Source: Candidatus Nealsonbacteria bacterium (lineage in GTDB: Bacteria; Patescibacteriota; Minisyncoccia; Minisyncoccales; JBGOYX01). From it: a stretch of DNA of 64,000 nucleotides. Shown here in pieces: positions 15,358-25,600 of this stretch (the first letter of the stretch is position 1; each line of letters starts with the position of its first letter). Location: assembly GCA_963820485.1 (NCBI GenBank), contig CAWFZW010000003.1, positions 567 to 64,566 of the forward strand, read 5' to 3'. Below the pieces are notes generated by a model, which saw only the letters and a list, made by a program, of their open reading frames with translations, ran no database searches and was not told the DNA's origin. Position numbers and translations under genes: made by a program.

Positions 15358-17066
15358 TTGAAAAAGTTCGCCATTCGTTGTCTCATATTTTAGCTGCTGC
15401 AGTTCAGGAATTATATCCCGGAACTCGTTTTGGCATGGGACCGGCAATTAATAATGGTTTTTATTATGATTTTGAATTTAAAACTCCTTTAACACAAGGA
15501 GGTTTACCGAAAATCGAAGAAAAAATGAGAGAAATTATTAGAAAAAATTTAGAATTTAAGTTTAGAAATTTAGAGAAAAATAAAGTAAAAATATTATTTA
15601 AAGAACAACCTTTTAAATTGGAATTGATTGATGAGTTAAAAGAAAAAAAAGCTAAGATTTATGAAACCGGATATTTTGTTGATCTTTGTAAAGGACCTCA
15701 CGTCAAATCAACAAAAGAAATTCCCCTTGATGGTTTCAAACTTACCAGAATTGCTGGCGCCTATTGGAAAGGCGATGAAAAAAAACCAATGCTGACCAGA
15801 ATTTATGGATTGGCTTTTAAATCAAAAAAAGAATTAGATGTTTTTCTTTTAAAAGAAGCTGAAATCGAAAAAAGAGACCACCGCGCTTTAGGCCAAAAAT
15901 TAGAATTATTTTTATTTGATGAAGAAGTTGGAGCAGGCCTTCCTTTATGGATACCAAAGGGTGAAATTATGAGAAATATAATTGAAGATTATCTACGAAA
16001 AGAATTGATTTCGCAAGGATATCAATTTATTACCACTCCTCACATTGGAAAATTGGCTCTTTGGAAAACCTCCGGTCACTGGGAGCTTTATCGAGAAAAC
16101 ATCTATTCTCCCATTGATATTGAAGGTGAAAAATACTTATTAAAACCGATGAATTGTCCTTTTCATGCAAAAATTTATCAGTTAAAAATCCGCTCTTATA
16201 AAGATTTACCTTTTAAATTAGCTGAGTTTGGAACGGTTTACAGACATGAAAGGTCGGGAACCCTTCATGGTTTGTTTAGAGTGAGAGGATTTACCCAAGA
16301 CGATGCCCATGTCTGGTGCGCTCCCGACCAATTAAGTTTGGAATTAACTAAACTTTTAAAAGAAGGCTTAAAAATTTTAAGAACATTCGGCTTTAAAGAT
16401 TTTAATATTTATCTTTCTACCAGACCAGAAAAATATGCCGGCACAGAAAGAGGATGGATTAAGGCCACTAATTCTCTCAAATATGTCTTAAAAAAGCTAA
16501 AATTAAAATTTCAAATTGACCCAGGGGGAGGTGTATTTTATGGCCCAAAAATTGATATCAAAATTAAAGATAGTTTAGGAAGAGAGTGGCAATGCACTAC
16601 CATTCAAGTTGATTTTAATCTGCCCGATAGATTTAATATTACTTTTGTCAATAAAAAAGGAAAAAAGGAAAAACCCTATATGATTCACCGGGCATTGATT
16701 GGTTCTATGGAAAGATTTATTGGAGTTATGATTGAACATTACGGCGGAGCTTTTCCATTATGGCTTTCTCCCGTTCAAATTTGGATAATACCGATCGGCT
16801 CCCGCCACGAAAAATATGCTAAAAAAATTGTTGAATTTTTAAAAGAAAATAATCTAAGAGTTGAATTAAAAGATGAAAACGAAACTGTTTCAAAAAAAAT
16901 CAGGGAAGGCGAATTACAAAAAATTCCCTATTTATTAGTTGTCGGCGATAAAGAAATAAAATCAAAATCAATCAGAGTAAGAGAAAGAGGAAAAGGCGAC
17001 ATCGGACAGATAAGATTAACTAAATTCTTAAAAAAGGTTAAAATAAGATTACAGCAAAAATTGTAA
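15354..17066 (+). CDS. thrS: threonyl-tRNA synthetase lacking the N-terminal TGS domain
   Basis: Starts at the editing-domain motif RHSLSHILAAAV. Class II core and anticodon-binding domain present. ATGA overlap with dnaE. Confidence 0.9.
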   Translation: MIEKVRHSLSHILAAAVQELYPGTRFGMGPAINNGFYYDFEFKTPLTQGGLPKIEEKMREIIRKNLEFKFRNLEKNKVKILFKEQPFKLELIDELKEKKAKIYETGYFVDLCKGPHVKSTKEIPLDGFKLTRIAGAYWKGDEKKPMLTRIYGLAFKSKKELDVFLLKEAEIEKRDHRALGQKLELFLFDEEVGAGLPLWIPKGEIMRNIIEDYLRKELISQGYQFITTPHIGKLALWKTSGHWELYRENIYSPIDIEGEKYLLKPMNCPFHAKIYQLKIRSYKDLPFKLAEFGTVYRHERSGTLHGLFRVRGFTQDDAHVWCAPDQLSLELTKLLKEGLKILRTFGFKDFNIYLSTRPEKYAGTERGWIKATNSLKYVLKKLKLKFQIDPGGGVFYGPKIDIKIKDSLGREWQCTTIQVDFNLPDRFNITFVNKKGKKEKPYMIHRALIGSMERFIGVMIEHYGGAFPLWLSPVQIWIIPIGSRHEKYAKKIVEFLKENNLRVELKDENETVSKKIREGELQKIPYLLVVGDKEIKSKSIRVRERGKGDIGQIRLTKFLKKVKIRLQQKL

Positions 17067-17131
17067 TCTTGGATGCTTCGCATATTTTAAGATTACAGCA
17101 AAAATTGTAATCTTGGATGCTTCGCATATTG
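17044..17131 (+). repeat. 44-bp tandem duplication (2 copies) covering the thrS stop codon and a GATTACA..TGTAATC hairpin
   Basis: TAAGATTACAGCAAAAATTGTAATCTTGGATGCTTCGCATATT occurs at 17044 and 17088. Confidence 0.9.
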
Positions 17132-17137
17132 TAGAAA

Positions 17138-18748
17138 GTGAGGGTAAAAAATAATATGTCAGAACTATCTCAACCAACGCGAAAATTAATCTCCCGCTAT
17201 CAGGTTTGGCACCAATCTTTACAGCCAAAAGGAAATTCAGCCACAATTCACGTGGATGAGGTCGCGTCAAGGGTGGCTGCTTTTTATGAAAAAATAAGGG
17301 GGGTTGTCGATTGGCGGGAAGAGCATCTGATGAGAAAAGCGGCAATTGAAAGAAATTTAAAAAGAAGATTACTTTTAAAGCAAAACGGAGATGATATTGC
17401 CACCCACTTAGTGTCAGAACTAATCCGAGGAGGTCATTTTCCGAATGATAAAATTGAAGAATCTAAAATTTTAGAGGTTCAAAAAGCGATTGATAAATAT
17501 ATTTTTATTCTTGAAAATGCTCCCTCTCCTTCGGTTGAAAAATTAAAATTTCAGCTTTATGACTGGATTTTAGGAGTGGCTGCCTGTGAAGTTGAAGCAA
17601 TTTTAGACCCTCCCCAGAGAGAAATTGCTTTAATTGAATATATGGAAGAGATAATGAAAGAAAGAATTAAATTAAGTGCTGTAATTAAAATTTCAGAAGC
17701 TGAAAAAGAAACTCAAATTTATGTCGCTATTCAAAAAGCTCTTTTCAAATTTGACCCGCCTTTAATTTATTACAACCTCCTAAAAAGAGAATATATTGAT
17801 TGGAAAAATCTTCCTTCCTCACTCTTGGAAGAAATAACAAAAAACATTTATCAAATCTGGGAAAAACTTGAAAAAACAGTTTTTCATCCTTTGGCTGAAA
17901 AATTTTATAGAATTTGCGAAAAATACGACACTCCCTTTTTAATTCTAAACGATATAATTTCAGCCAATCCTTCAGAAAGCCAGAAAAATTTAGATAATCC
18001 TGAAATTTTAGAAAGTCAAATTCAAACCGCCTATAACAAAAGGTTGGGAACGCTCAAAGAAAGATTAAGCCGGGCAGCTCTTTACGCAACACTATCTATT
18101 TTCATTACCAAAATGTTATTGGCTTTAGCGATTGAAATTCCTTTTGATAAGTATGTAACCGGCCAATTTTCTTATCCCGCTTTGGGGTTTAATATTGTAA
18201 TTCCACCACTTTTAATGTTTTTCATTGTTTTATCTATCAGACCTCCCAAAAAAGAAAATTTCCAAGTGGTTATAATGGAGGTAATGAAAAATGTCTACAC
18301 AACTGAAAGAAAAGATGTTTATGAGATAAAACCGCGCTCAAAAAGAGGATTTATTATAAATACTATCATTACTATTTTTTATCTTTCAGCTTTCGTTGTC
18401 TCTTTTGGTTTGATTTTCTGGGGGCTTCAAAAAATAGAATTTGGAATTCTTTCCATAATAATCTTTCTTATTTTTATTTCTTTAATTTCTTTTGCCGGCG
18501 TGAGAATTAGGGAAAGGTCTAAAGAATTAGATATTATAGAAGAAAAAGAAACTATTTTTACCTTTTTCTTTGACCTTTTTGCTTTGCCTATTATTAGAGT
18601 CGGCAAATGGCTGTCGGGTCAATGGGCGAAATATAACGTAATCGTTGTTTTTATGAATTTTTTAATTGATATGCCTTTCCAGGTTTTCGTGGAATTTTTA
18701 GAGCAATGGAGATATTTTTTGAAAGAGAAAAAAGAAGAAATACATTAA
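17138..18748 (+). CDS. large membrane protein of unknown function (soluble N-terminal half, about 5 TM in the C-terminal half)
   Basis: 536-aa ORF. I recognise no family. Confidence 0.5.
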   Translation: MRVKNNMSELSQPTRKLISRYQVWHQSLQPKGNSATIHVDEVASRVAAFYEKIRGVVDWREEHLMRKAAIERNLKRRLLLKQNGDDIATHLVSELIRGGHFPNDKIEESKILEVQKAIDKYIFILENAPSPSVEKLKFQLYDWILGVAACEVEAILDPPQREIALIEYMEEIMKERIKLSAVIKISEAEKETQIYVAIQKALFKFDPPLIYYNLLKREYIDWKNLPSSLLEEITKNIYQIWEKLEKTVFHPLAEKFYRICEKYDTPFLILNDIISANPSESQKNLDNPEILESQIQTAYNKRLGTLKERLSRAALYATLSIFITKMLLALAIEIPFDKYVTGQFSYPALGFNIVIPPLLMFFIVLSIRPPKKENFQVVIMEVMKNVYTTERKDVYEIKPRSKRGFIINTIITIFYLSAFVVSFGLIFWGLQKIEFGILSIIIFLIFISLISFAGVRIRERSKELDIIEEKETIFTFFFDLFALPIIRVGKWLSGQWAKYNVIVVFMNFLIDMPFQVFVEFLEQWRYFLKEKKEEIH

Positions 18749-18753
18749 ATTCA

Positions 18754-18791
18754 CAAAAAAACAGCCTCGACTTGTCGGGGCTGTTTTTTTG
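18754..18791 (+). terminator. Rho-independent terminator
   Basis: ACAGCCTCGA-CTTG-TCGGGGCTGT followed by T7. Confidence 0.8.
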
Positions 18792-18811
18792 TGATAATCT
18801 GAAAAAGTTAA

Positions 18812-19839
18812 ATGAAAAAATATTACATTATTACATTTGGCTGTCAGATGAATAAAACGTGATTCGGAAAGGATTGCTGCGGTTTTAGAAAAAGAAGGAT
18901 ATAAGCCTGTTTCAAAAATAGAAAAGGCGGATTTAATTGTGGTTAATATGTGTTCGGTCAGACAATCGGCAGTTGACAGGGTTTACGGCAAAATCAGAGA
19001 TTTTGCCAAGCTCAAAGCTCAAAACTTCAAAACTCAAAACCGTTTTGACGGGTTGCATTTTAAAAAAAGATAAAATAAAATTCAGAAAAAAATTTGATGA
19101 AATTTGGGAAAATAAAAATTATTTCAATAATCCGCCTAAGTGTAAAAATAAATCTTTAGCTTTTGTTCCCATTTCTAATGGTTGTAATAATTTTTGCACT
19201 TATTGTGTTGTTCCTTATGCCAGAGGTTATTTGTTTTGTCGTGACCACAAATCAGTTTTAAAAGAAGTTAAAAATGCTATTTCTAATGGGGCAAGGGAGA
19301 TTTGGCTTTTGGGTCAAAATGTAAATGACTATCACTCCCCCGCTGATTCTTTAATTAATTTTCCTAAATTACTGAAAATGGTTAATAATATTCTCGGCGA
19401 TTTTGTAATAAGATTTATGAGTCCTCATCCTAAGAATTTTTCAGATGAATTAATCGAAGTTATGGCTAAATCAAAAAAAGTCGCCAAGTACTTAAATTTG
19501 CCAGTTCAGTCCGGAGATAATAAAGTTTTAAAAAGAATGAACAGGCCTTATACGGTAGAACAATATAAGGGTTTGGTTAAAAAAATCCGCAAAAAAATCC
19601 CCGATATTAATTTATCAACCGATGTTATAGTCGGTTTTCCGAGAGAAAACAAAAAACAATTTGAAAATACGGTAAAATTATTCAAAGAAATTAAATTTAA
19701 TTTAGCTTATATCTCTAAATATTCACCCCGTTCAGGAACCGCCGCTTTTAAATTAAAAGATAATGTATTACTTAAGGAAAAACAAAGGCGCTGGAAAATA
19801 TTGAATAATATTATTTTAAAAAATAAAAGAAAAAAATGA
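18812..19839 (+). pseudogene. miaB: radical-SAM methylthiotransferase MiaB-like, two +1 frameshifts
   Basis: MKKYYIITFGCQMNK, then a shift at about 18858. The second shift lies in the CTCAAAA repeats at 19011-19040. CNNFCTYCVVP radical-SAM motif is present. Confidence 0.75.
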
Positions 19840-20750
19840 AAAATAAAAAACTCATTGTTATTTTGGGTCCTACGGCTTCGGGAAAGTCGGAATTAGCCGT
19901 TAAATTAGCTAAAAAATTCAATGGCGAGATTGTTTCTGCTGATTCAAGGCAAGTTTATAAAGGAATGGATATTGGCACGGCAAAACCGACGAAAAAAAAA
20001 CAAAGATTAATTAAACATTATTTAATTGATATTAAAAAACCGAGCCAGCATTACACGGTTGCTGAATATAAAAAAGAGGCAATTAAAGTAATTAATAAAA
20101 TCATCAAATCCGGAAAAATTCCCTTTTTGGTCGGCGGAACCGGCTTATATATTAAAGCCGTTGTTGATAATTTGGAAATTCCCGAAGTAAAACCGGACTG
20201 GAAATTAAGAAAGAAATTAGAGTCAAAAATCGAAAAGGAGGGATTAAAAAGCGTTTATGAAGAGCTTATCAAGGCCGACTCTGAAGCAGCTTATATTATT
20301 GACCAAAATAATCCTCGTCGGGTTATTCGCGCTCTTGAAATAGCCATAAAAACTAAAAAACCTTTCTCTCAACAAAGAAAAAAAGGAGAAACTCTCTTTG
20401 ATATTTTGGAAATCGGTTTAAATCCCGATAAGAAAATTTTAATAGAAAATATAAAGAAGAGAACGACTAAAATGATTAAAATAGGATTAGTGAAAGAGGT
20501 TAAAAATTTAATCAAAAAATATAATAAAAATTTATCAACTTTTGATGCTATTGGCTACCGGGAGATAATTGAGTATTTAGACGGAAGAATTACCTTAGCT
20601 GAAGCTATTGAAAATATAAATAAAAACACCTGGCATTTTGCCAGACGCCAAATGACTTGGTTTAAAAAAGACAAAAGGATAAATTGGATTAAAAATTATA
20701 AAAGAACCAAAAAATTAGTCAAAAGTTTTTTAAAAAAAGAAAGAGGATAA
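19836..20750 (+). CDS. miaA: tRNA dimethylallyltransferase
   Basis: GPTASGKS P-loop and DSRQVYKGMDIGTAKP. Confidence 0.9.
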   Translation: MKNKKLIVILGPTASGKSELAVKLAKKFNGEIVSADSRQVYKGMDIGTAKPTKKKQRLIKHYLIDIKKPSQHYTVAEYKKEAIKVINKIIKSGKIPFLVGGTGLYIKAVVDNLEIPEVKPDWKLRKKLESKIEKEGLKSVYEELIKADSEAAYIIDQNNPRRVIRALEIAIKTKKPFSQQRKKGETLFDILEIGLNPDKKILIENIKKRTTKMIKIGLVKEVKNLIKKYNKNLSTFDAIGYREIIEYLDGRITLAEAIENINKNTWHFARRQMTWFKKDKRINWIKNYKRTKKLVKSFLKKERG

Positions 20751-20760
20751 TTTTCCTCTT

Positions 20761-21027
20761 TTATTTTTTTTGATATTCTAACCAACAGGCAAATTGAAGT
20801 AACGTTAATATTTTTATTGGCGTTTCGGTGTCTACATAAAAGAAACCTGTTCCAAGACAACGAAAAGCAATAAAAATACCCTTTTTTCTTAAAAAAGACC
20901 TTATTTCTTTCCGAAAATCTGTCCTTCTCCTGCTTCCTTTTTTAAACCACAATATGATTCTCGCCGGCTTTCCGATACTACCAATAGTTATTTCTAAAAC
21001 TCGTTTCCCGCTAAGATTAATTTTCAA
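20761..21027 (-). CDS. hypothetical basic protein, 88 aa, TTG start
   Basis: AAAGGAGATAATTAATTTG. Has its own consensus promoter. Confidence 0.45.
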   Translation of the reverse strand: MKINLSGKRVLEITIGSIGKPARIILWFKKGSRRRTDFRKEIRSFLRKKGIFIAFRCLGTGFFYVDTETPIKILTLLQFACWLEYQKK

Positions 21028-21065
21028 ATTAATTATCTCCTTTAAAAGTACTTTTTGAATCCTAA

Positions 21066-21094
21066 ATTATAATATCAAATTATTTTTCTGTCAA
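21066..21094 (-). promoter_or_regulatory. consensus promoter TTGACA-17-TATAAT overlapping the last codons of gatB
   Basis: -35 at 21089-21094 and -10 at 21066-21071. Confidence 0.55.
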
Positions 21095-22537
21095 TATCTT
21101 CTTCAAAATATCTCTAGCTATTTGAGGATTTGCTCTTCCTTTGGTTTGAGCCATTATTTGACCGATTAAAAATTGGAAAGAGGCAACTTTTCCTTTTTTA
21201 TAATTTTCAACAACCTTAGGGTTATTTTTTATAACTTCTTTTATTATTTTTTCTAATTCTCCAGTGTCGCTTATCTGCTCTAATTTCTTTTCTTTAATTA
21301 CGTCCAGGGGATTTTTACTAATTATATCCTGTAAAATCGTTTTTGCCACCGTGCTAGATATCCTTCCATCGGCAATTATCGTCACAAGTTGAAAAAAATT
21401 ATTAGGTGGAATATTATAATCTTTCGCTTTGGTATTTATTAAAAGATCAGAAGATAATTTAATTAAATTTAATTTTTTTTCTTCTGGTTTTACTTTATCT
21501 AAATAAGATTTTAAATTTTCGAAACGCTCGCCCAAATCTTTATTATAGACAAAGATTTCAACACTTTTTTTGTCTAATTGATACTCTCTTTTTAATCTTT
21601 CTCTTTTTTGCTGGGGAAGTTCAGGAATTTCGGCTCTGATAGCGTCAATAACAAACGGACGGTTTGATATATCGGAACTTCGTTCCGTTATAAATTCTTT
21701 TAAATGATGAAGCGGCGGCAAATCGGGTTCAGGGAAATAGCGATAATCATGAGCTTCTTCTTTTTCTCGCTGGCTAACTGTTATCTCTTTTGCGTCGTCC
21801 CAACCCCGAGTTTCCTGGATAATTTTTTCTCCTTTTTCCAATAATTCGGTTTGTCTTTGAATTTCATATTCAATCCCTCGCTCTACCGACCGAAAAGAAT
21901 TCAAGTTTTTAATTTCTACTTTAGTCCCTAATTCCCTTTCCTTTTTACTAAGCGAAATATTTACTTCCACTCTCATTTGACCTTTTTCCATATCAGCGTC
22001 AGAAACATCTAAATAATGCATAATTAAATGAAGTTCTTGGGCGAATTCTCTTGCCTCTTTTGCCGAAGTTATATCGGGTTCAGTAACTAATTCCATTAAA
22101 GGAATTCCAGCTCGGTTAAAATCAACTAAAGAATGGTCTGTACCTTCGGGATGAACCAATCTGGCAGTATCTTCTTCTAAATGGACTCTCATGAACCTAA
22201 TTTTCTTACCGTCTAATTCTAGAAAACCTCCAACACATAGAGGTTTGTCATACTGACTTATTTGATATCCTTTTGGCAAATCAGGATAAAAATAATTTTT
22301 TCTGTCAAATTTTGAATATTCTGAAATCTGGCAATTCAAAGCTAAACCCGTCTTTATTGCTTTTCTAATACCTTCTTTATTTATAACCGGCAAAGTTCCG
22401 GGCTGAGCCGTACAAATAGGACAAATATTAATATTTGGTTGTCTTTCATCGGAGTCATTCTTACAAGAACAAAACATCTTTGATTTGGTATTAAGCTCAA
22501 TATGTATCTCTAAACCTATTGTGGGTATATAAGGCAT
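21080..22537 (-). CDS. gatB: Asp/Glu-tRNA(Asn/Gln) amidotransferase subunit B
   Basis: IGLEIHIELNT N-terminus and YqeY-like tail. Confidence 0.9.
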   Translation of the reverse strand: MPYIPTIGLEIHIELNTKSKMFCSCKNDSDERQPNINICPICTAQPGTLPVINKEGIRKAIKTGLALNCQISEYSKFDRKNYFYPDLPKGYQISQYDKPLCVGGFLELDGKKIRFMRVHLEEDTARLVHPEGTDHSLVDFNRAGIPLMELVTEPDITSAKEAREFAQELHLIMHYLDVSDADMEKGQMRVEVNISLSKKERELGTKVEIKNLNSFRSVERGIEYEIQRQTELLEKGEKIIQETRGWDDAKEITVSQREKEEAHDYRYFPEPDLPPLHHLKEFITERSSDISNRPFVIDAIRAEIPELPQQKRERLKREYQLDKKSVEIFVYNKDLGERFENLKSYLDKVKPEEKKLNLIKLSSDLLINTKAKDYNIPPNNFFQLVTIIADGRISSTVAKTILQDIISKNPLDVIKEKKLEQISDTGELEKIIKEVIKNNPKVVENYKKGKVASFQFLIGQIMAQTKGRANPQIARDILKKILTEK

Positions 22538-22563
22538 AAATAATAATTTCTAATTTTTAAACC

Positions 22564-23277
22564 CTACTCTATTTTTTTCCAATCTTCTATATTGGAAATT
22601 TTTTCTCCTTGTGCTTCTTTGACAATTTCTACTCCGGAACTCGTTCCAATAATATCAGCTCCAGATTCAACCATCATTTTAAAATCAGAGAAAGTCCTGA
22701 TTGAACCCGCAGCTTTAATTAATAATCCTGGCGCTGATTCTCTCATTATTCTCACATGTTTGGCTTTCTCAGTTAACTCCGAATGGTCTAAAGGATCATC
22801 TATGGTCGCGGTTTTAACGCAAATTGCCCCCGCCCCTTTGACAATTTCTGAAGCTTTTTTAATTTCTTCATCAGTTAAATAGCCTGAACCAATAATTACT
22901 TTTGTCGGTAAAATCTTAGCAATTTCTTTCAAATCACTTAAAACTTCTCCATATTTTCCGTTTTTAAAAGCGTCTATTTTCATTACCACATCAACCTCAT
23001 CAGAACCATCTTCTTTGGCTTTTTGAACTATTTTTATTCTATCTTTGTGGGAACTCGCACCGGTTGGTTCATCAACCAAAGTGGTAACCTTAATATCGGT
23101 ATCTTTTAATAATTCTTTTGTCAATTTAGTATATTTCGGAAAAACGCAAAGCCCCCGAAAATTATATTTCTTTGTTTCTTCACAAACCTTGTTTATCTCC
23201 TCGTCAGAAGCATCCTTTTTTAAAAACGTTTGGTCAATGAGTTTCTCTATATTCATATTTATATTTAATCTTATCAA
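22564..23277 (-). CDS. deoC: DeoC-type class I aldolase (deoxyribose-phosphate aldolase-like)
   Basis: TIM-barrel aldolase pattern with ICVKTAT lysine region. Confidence 0.55.
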   Translation of the reverse strand: MIRLNINMNIEKLIDQTFLKKDASDEEINKVCEETKKYNFRGLCVFPKYTKLTKELLKDTDIKVTTLVDEPTGASSHKDRIKIVQKAKEDGSDEVDVVMKIDAFKNGKYGEVLSDLKEIAKILPTKVIIGSGYLTDEEIKKASEIVKGAGAICVKTATIDDPLDHSELTEKAKHVRIMRESAPGLLIKAAGSIRTFSDFKMMVESGADIIGTSSGVEIVKEAQGEKISNIEDWKKIE

Positions 23278-23284
23278 AATTTCT

Positions 23285-23317
23285 CCAAAATAAAAAGCTC
23301 TCGAAAAAACGAGAGCT
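23285..23317 (-). terminator. Rho-independent terminator after the Nudix gene
   Basis: AGCTCTCG-TTTTTT-CGAGAGCT followed by TTTTTATTTT on the minus strand. Confidence 0.7.
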
Positions 23318-23358
23318 ATCTATACATTAAACCATCTTCTCAAATTACTATTTTCATC

Positions 23359-23754
23359 TTATATCTCTTTTCCCTGTAATTTCTTAACAAAATAGATGTC
23401 AGCTTCGCAGAAATCGTAGTTATTCATCTCATCAGGAGTAACCCAGCGGTAATTTATACCTTCTTTAATCTCTCCTGGGACAAATTCGCACAAGTAAGCT
23501 AACAAGATTACATGCCTTGCTTCGTCATATATATGAGATGACACTCCAAAAAGCTCACCTACTATAATTGCTATATTCAACTCTTCCATTATTTCCCGCC
23601 TTAAACAAAATCGGGGCGTCTCGCCGAATTTAAGCTCTCCTCCGGGAAATTCCCACTTTAGAGGTAAATGTGTGCCTGTTGGCCTTTGGGTAATTAAATA
23701 TCTCTCGCCTTCTCGAACAATTGCTGCAACGACTACCATTTGCTTCTTTTTCAT
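23359..23754 (-). CDS. Nudix hydrolase (MutT/NudG-like)
   Basis: Nudix box GGELKFGETPRFCLRREIMEELN. Start moved to MKKKQMVVV, which sits behind AAAGGAGGAATAG. Confidence 0.75.
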   Translation of the reverse strand: MKKKQMVVVAAIVREGERYLITQRPTGTHLPLKWEFPGGELKFGETPRFCLRREIMEELNIAIIVGELFGVSSHIYDEARHVILLAYLCEFVPGEIKEGINYRWVTPDEMNNYDFCEADIYFVKKLQGKEI

Positions 23755-23894
23755 TCTTTCTATTCCTCCTTTCAAAAATTTACCAAGCATATAAGGATTT
23801 TTGTGCTTCGGTTTAATTTATAATATAAAAGATCTTTTATTTAAGAAAACTCCTCCTCAATTTATTTTTCTATTTTTTAAAAATAAAATTTATT

Positions 23895-25544
23895 TTAATT
23901 GTTTTTTTTATTAGTTCCTAAATTTTTTAAATTTTCTTCGAATTTTCTCTTTAATTCTTTCTGCATTTCTTGATGAAACTTTTCGTTATAATGTTTCACG
24001 GCAGGCAGGATTAAACCGCAGTTTTTTTCCTCTGGACAAAAACCAATAATGTGGCATTTTGGCCCAACCAATTCGCTTAAAAAACTGGCATTTTTCTTTT
24101 TTAAAACGTCTTTAATTTGAACCAATTCTCGCCAGCTGTTCCTATGTATTTCCTCTTCTGCAGTTTTACAAAGCCTTAAAGGATAATAGCCGGTTAAAAA
24201 GTTATATAAATCGTATTCTTGCAGGATATCAATTTTTACAGCTCTGGGCACTAAAAAGACGGCTTCGCGAGGTTTAATACCTATCCTAATAAGATTTTTA
24301 TAAGCCATAAATGCTTTTAGAGCAACCGAAAGATATTTTTCAAGATATTCTTTATTACTCTTAATCGAAGGAGGAATGGAAAAAATTTCTTCAATCCCCT
24401 CGATTACAGCCCTGTTGATCTTTTTTGATTTAATCTGTTTCTCAAATTTTTGGAATATTCCTGCAGCTCTATCGACGCAGAAATAAAGAGATTCTATAAC
24501 TTGGTGACAAGTTCTATGCCTTTTTTTCTCTGTCCAAATGCAAACAGGAACAGTTGAAAGAATTTTTAAACACAGGCTGGAATTGTAATCGCGGAAGATT
24601 TCCTGATTTAATTTCAAAAGATCCAGCCAGCTTTTTTTAATTTTTTTTGATGAAGCAAAAACTGTTTTTCTTTTTTCTTTAAGCTCTTTTATTTTTTTCT
24701 TCAATCCTTTAGTTATTAAAATTTCAGCTGATATTATTTTTGACCAATTTTTTAATTTTTCTTTTTTTCTTAATTCCCTCACTATATTTAAATTTGATGG
24801 GTCTTTGAAAATGTTCGGATAAGGATAAATATTCCGGGGAGCTGCTTCCCTAGTAGGAAAAAGAAGATCAATTCCCAAATTTTTTGAGTTTTTTTCAATT
24901 TCTCTCAATAAAAGGCCTATTTCTTCTGGCATCCATTCTTTTTCCGCTTCGTATTCTCTTTTTACTCCGACAATTGATTCAACCGGCAACTGAATTATGC
25001 CTGTTCCGTATATGCCCTGCTGCAAAATCTTTCGCGCCTCGTCTTTACCAATACCTTCTGATAAAAAATAATTATGGAGCTCGATGTTTTCTTCCGAAGC
25101 GCGACGATATATTTCCCTTGCCTTCTTATTTCTATAAATTTCTTTCGTGTAGACCATATCTTTTTCTGTAGTATTTGTTCTTCTTCCTGAAGAAACCAAG
25201 GAAGAAGAAAAATAGAGACCGGTTAAAGCCCAGTCTATAAATTTGCTGCCTTCATAAGTTATTGAAATAACGGGGGTAGTAGCGATTGAAGCGTGACCTC
25301 TTAGGGAAGAACGTAGTAAAATTGTCTTAACTTTATCGTTTACTTTTTGCCCTTTTTTAAGAGTTTCTTTTACTAAATTATTTACCGATTTCCCTTTGAA
25401 AGTTAACAAGGCTGAAAAAGCAGCTATTTCTTGAGGAGTTAAAAATCCGGTTCTGTCTTTCAGAACCGGAGTAATTCCTAAAAATTTCACTTTTAAATCA
25501 GAAGTTAAAAGGGGTTTCATTTTATAGGGAATAATAGATCCCAT
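23895..25544 (-). CDS. thyX: tandem-domain flavin-dependent thymidylate synthase ThyX-like
   Basis: Second half has RHRTCHQVIES (ThyX RHRxxxxxxxS-type motif), FSIPPSI and RLCKTAEEEIHR. First half is a degenerate copy (SLRGHASIAT). Confidence 0.6.
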   Translation of the reverse strand: MGSIIPYKMKPLLTSDLKVKFLGITPVLKDRTGFLTPQEIAAFSALLTFKGKSVNNLVKETLKKGQKVNDKVKTILLRSSLRGHASIATTPVISITYEGSKFIDWALTGLYFSSSLVSSGRRTNTTEKDMVYTKEIYRNKKAREIYRRASEENIELHNYFLSEGIGKDEARKILQQGIYGTGIIQLPVESIVGVKREYEAEKEWMPEEIGLLLREIEKNSKNLGIDLLFPTREAAPRNIYPYPNIFKDPSNLNIVRELRKKEKLKNWSKIISAEILITKGLKKKIKELKEKRKTVFASSKKIKKSWLDLLKLNQEIFRDYNSSLCLKILSTVPVCIWTEKKRHRTCHQVIESLYFCVDRAAGIFQKFEKQIKSKKINRAVIEGIEEIFSIPPSIKSNKEYLEKYLSVALKAFMAYKNLIRIGIKPREAVFLVPRAVKIDILQEYDLYNFLTGYYPLRLCKTAEEEIHRNSWRELVQIKDVLKKKNASFLSELVGPKCHIIGFCPEEKNCGLILPAVKHYNEKFHQEMQKELKRKFEENLKNLGTNKKNN

Positions 25545-25600
25545 ATATCGAGCGGCGTACCGCTCGCTATAAAATCTGTCAAAAAATTTATCCTAAGATA

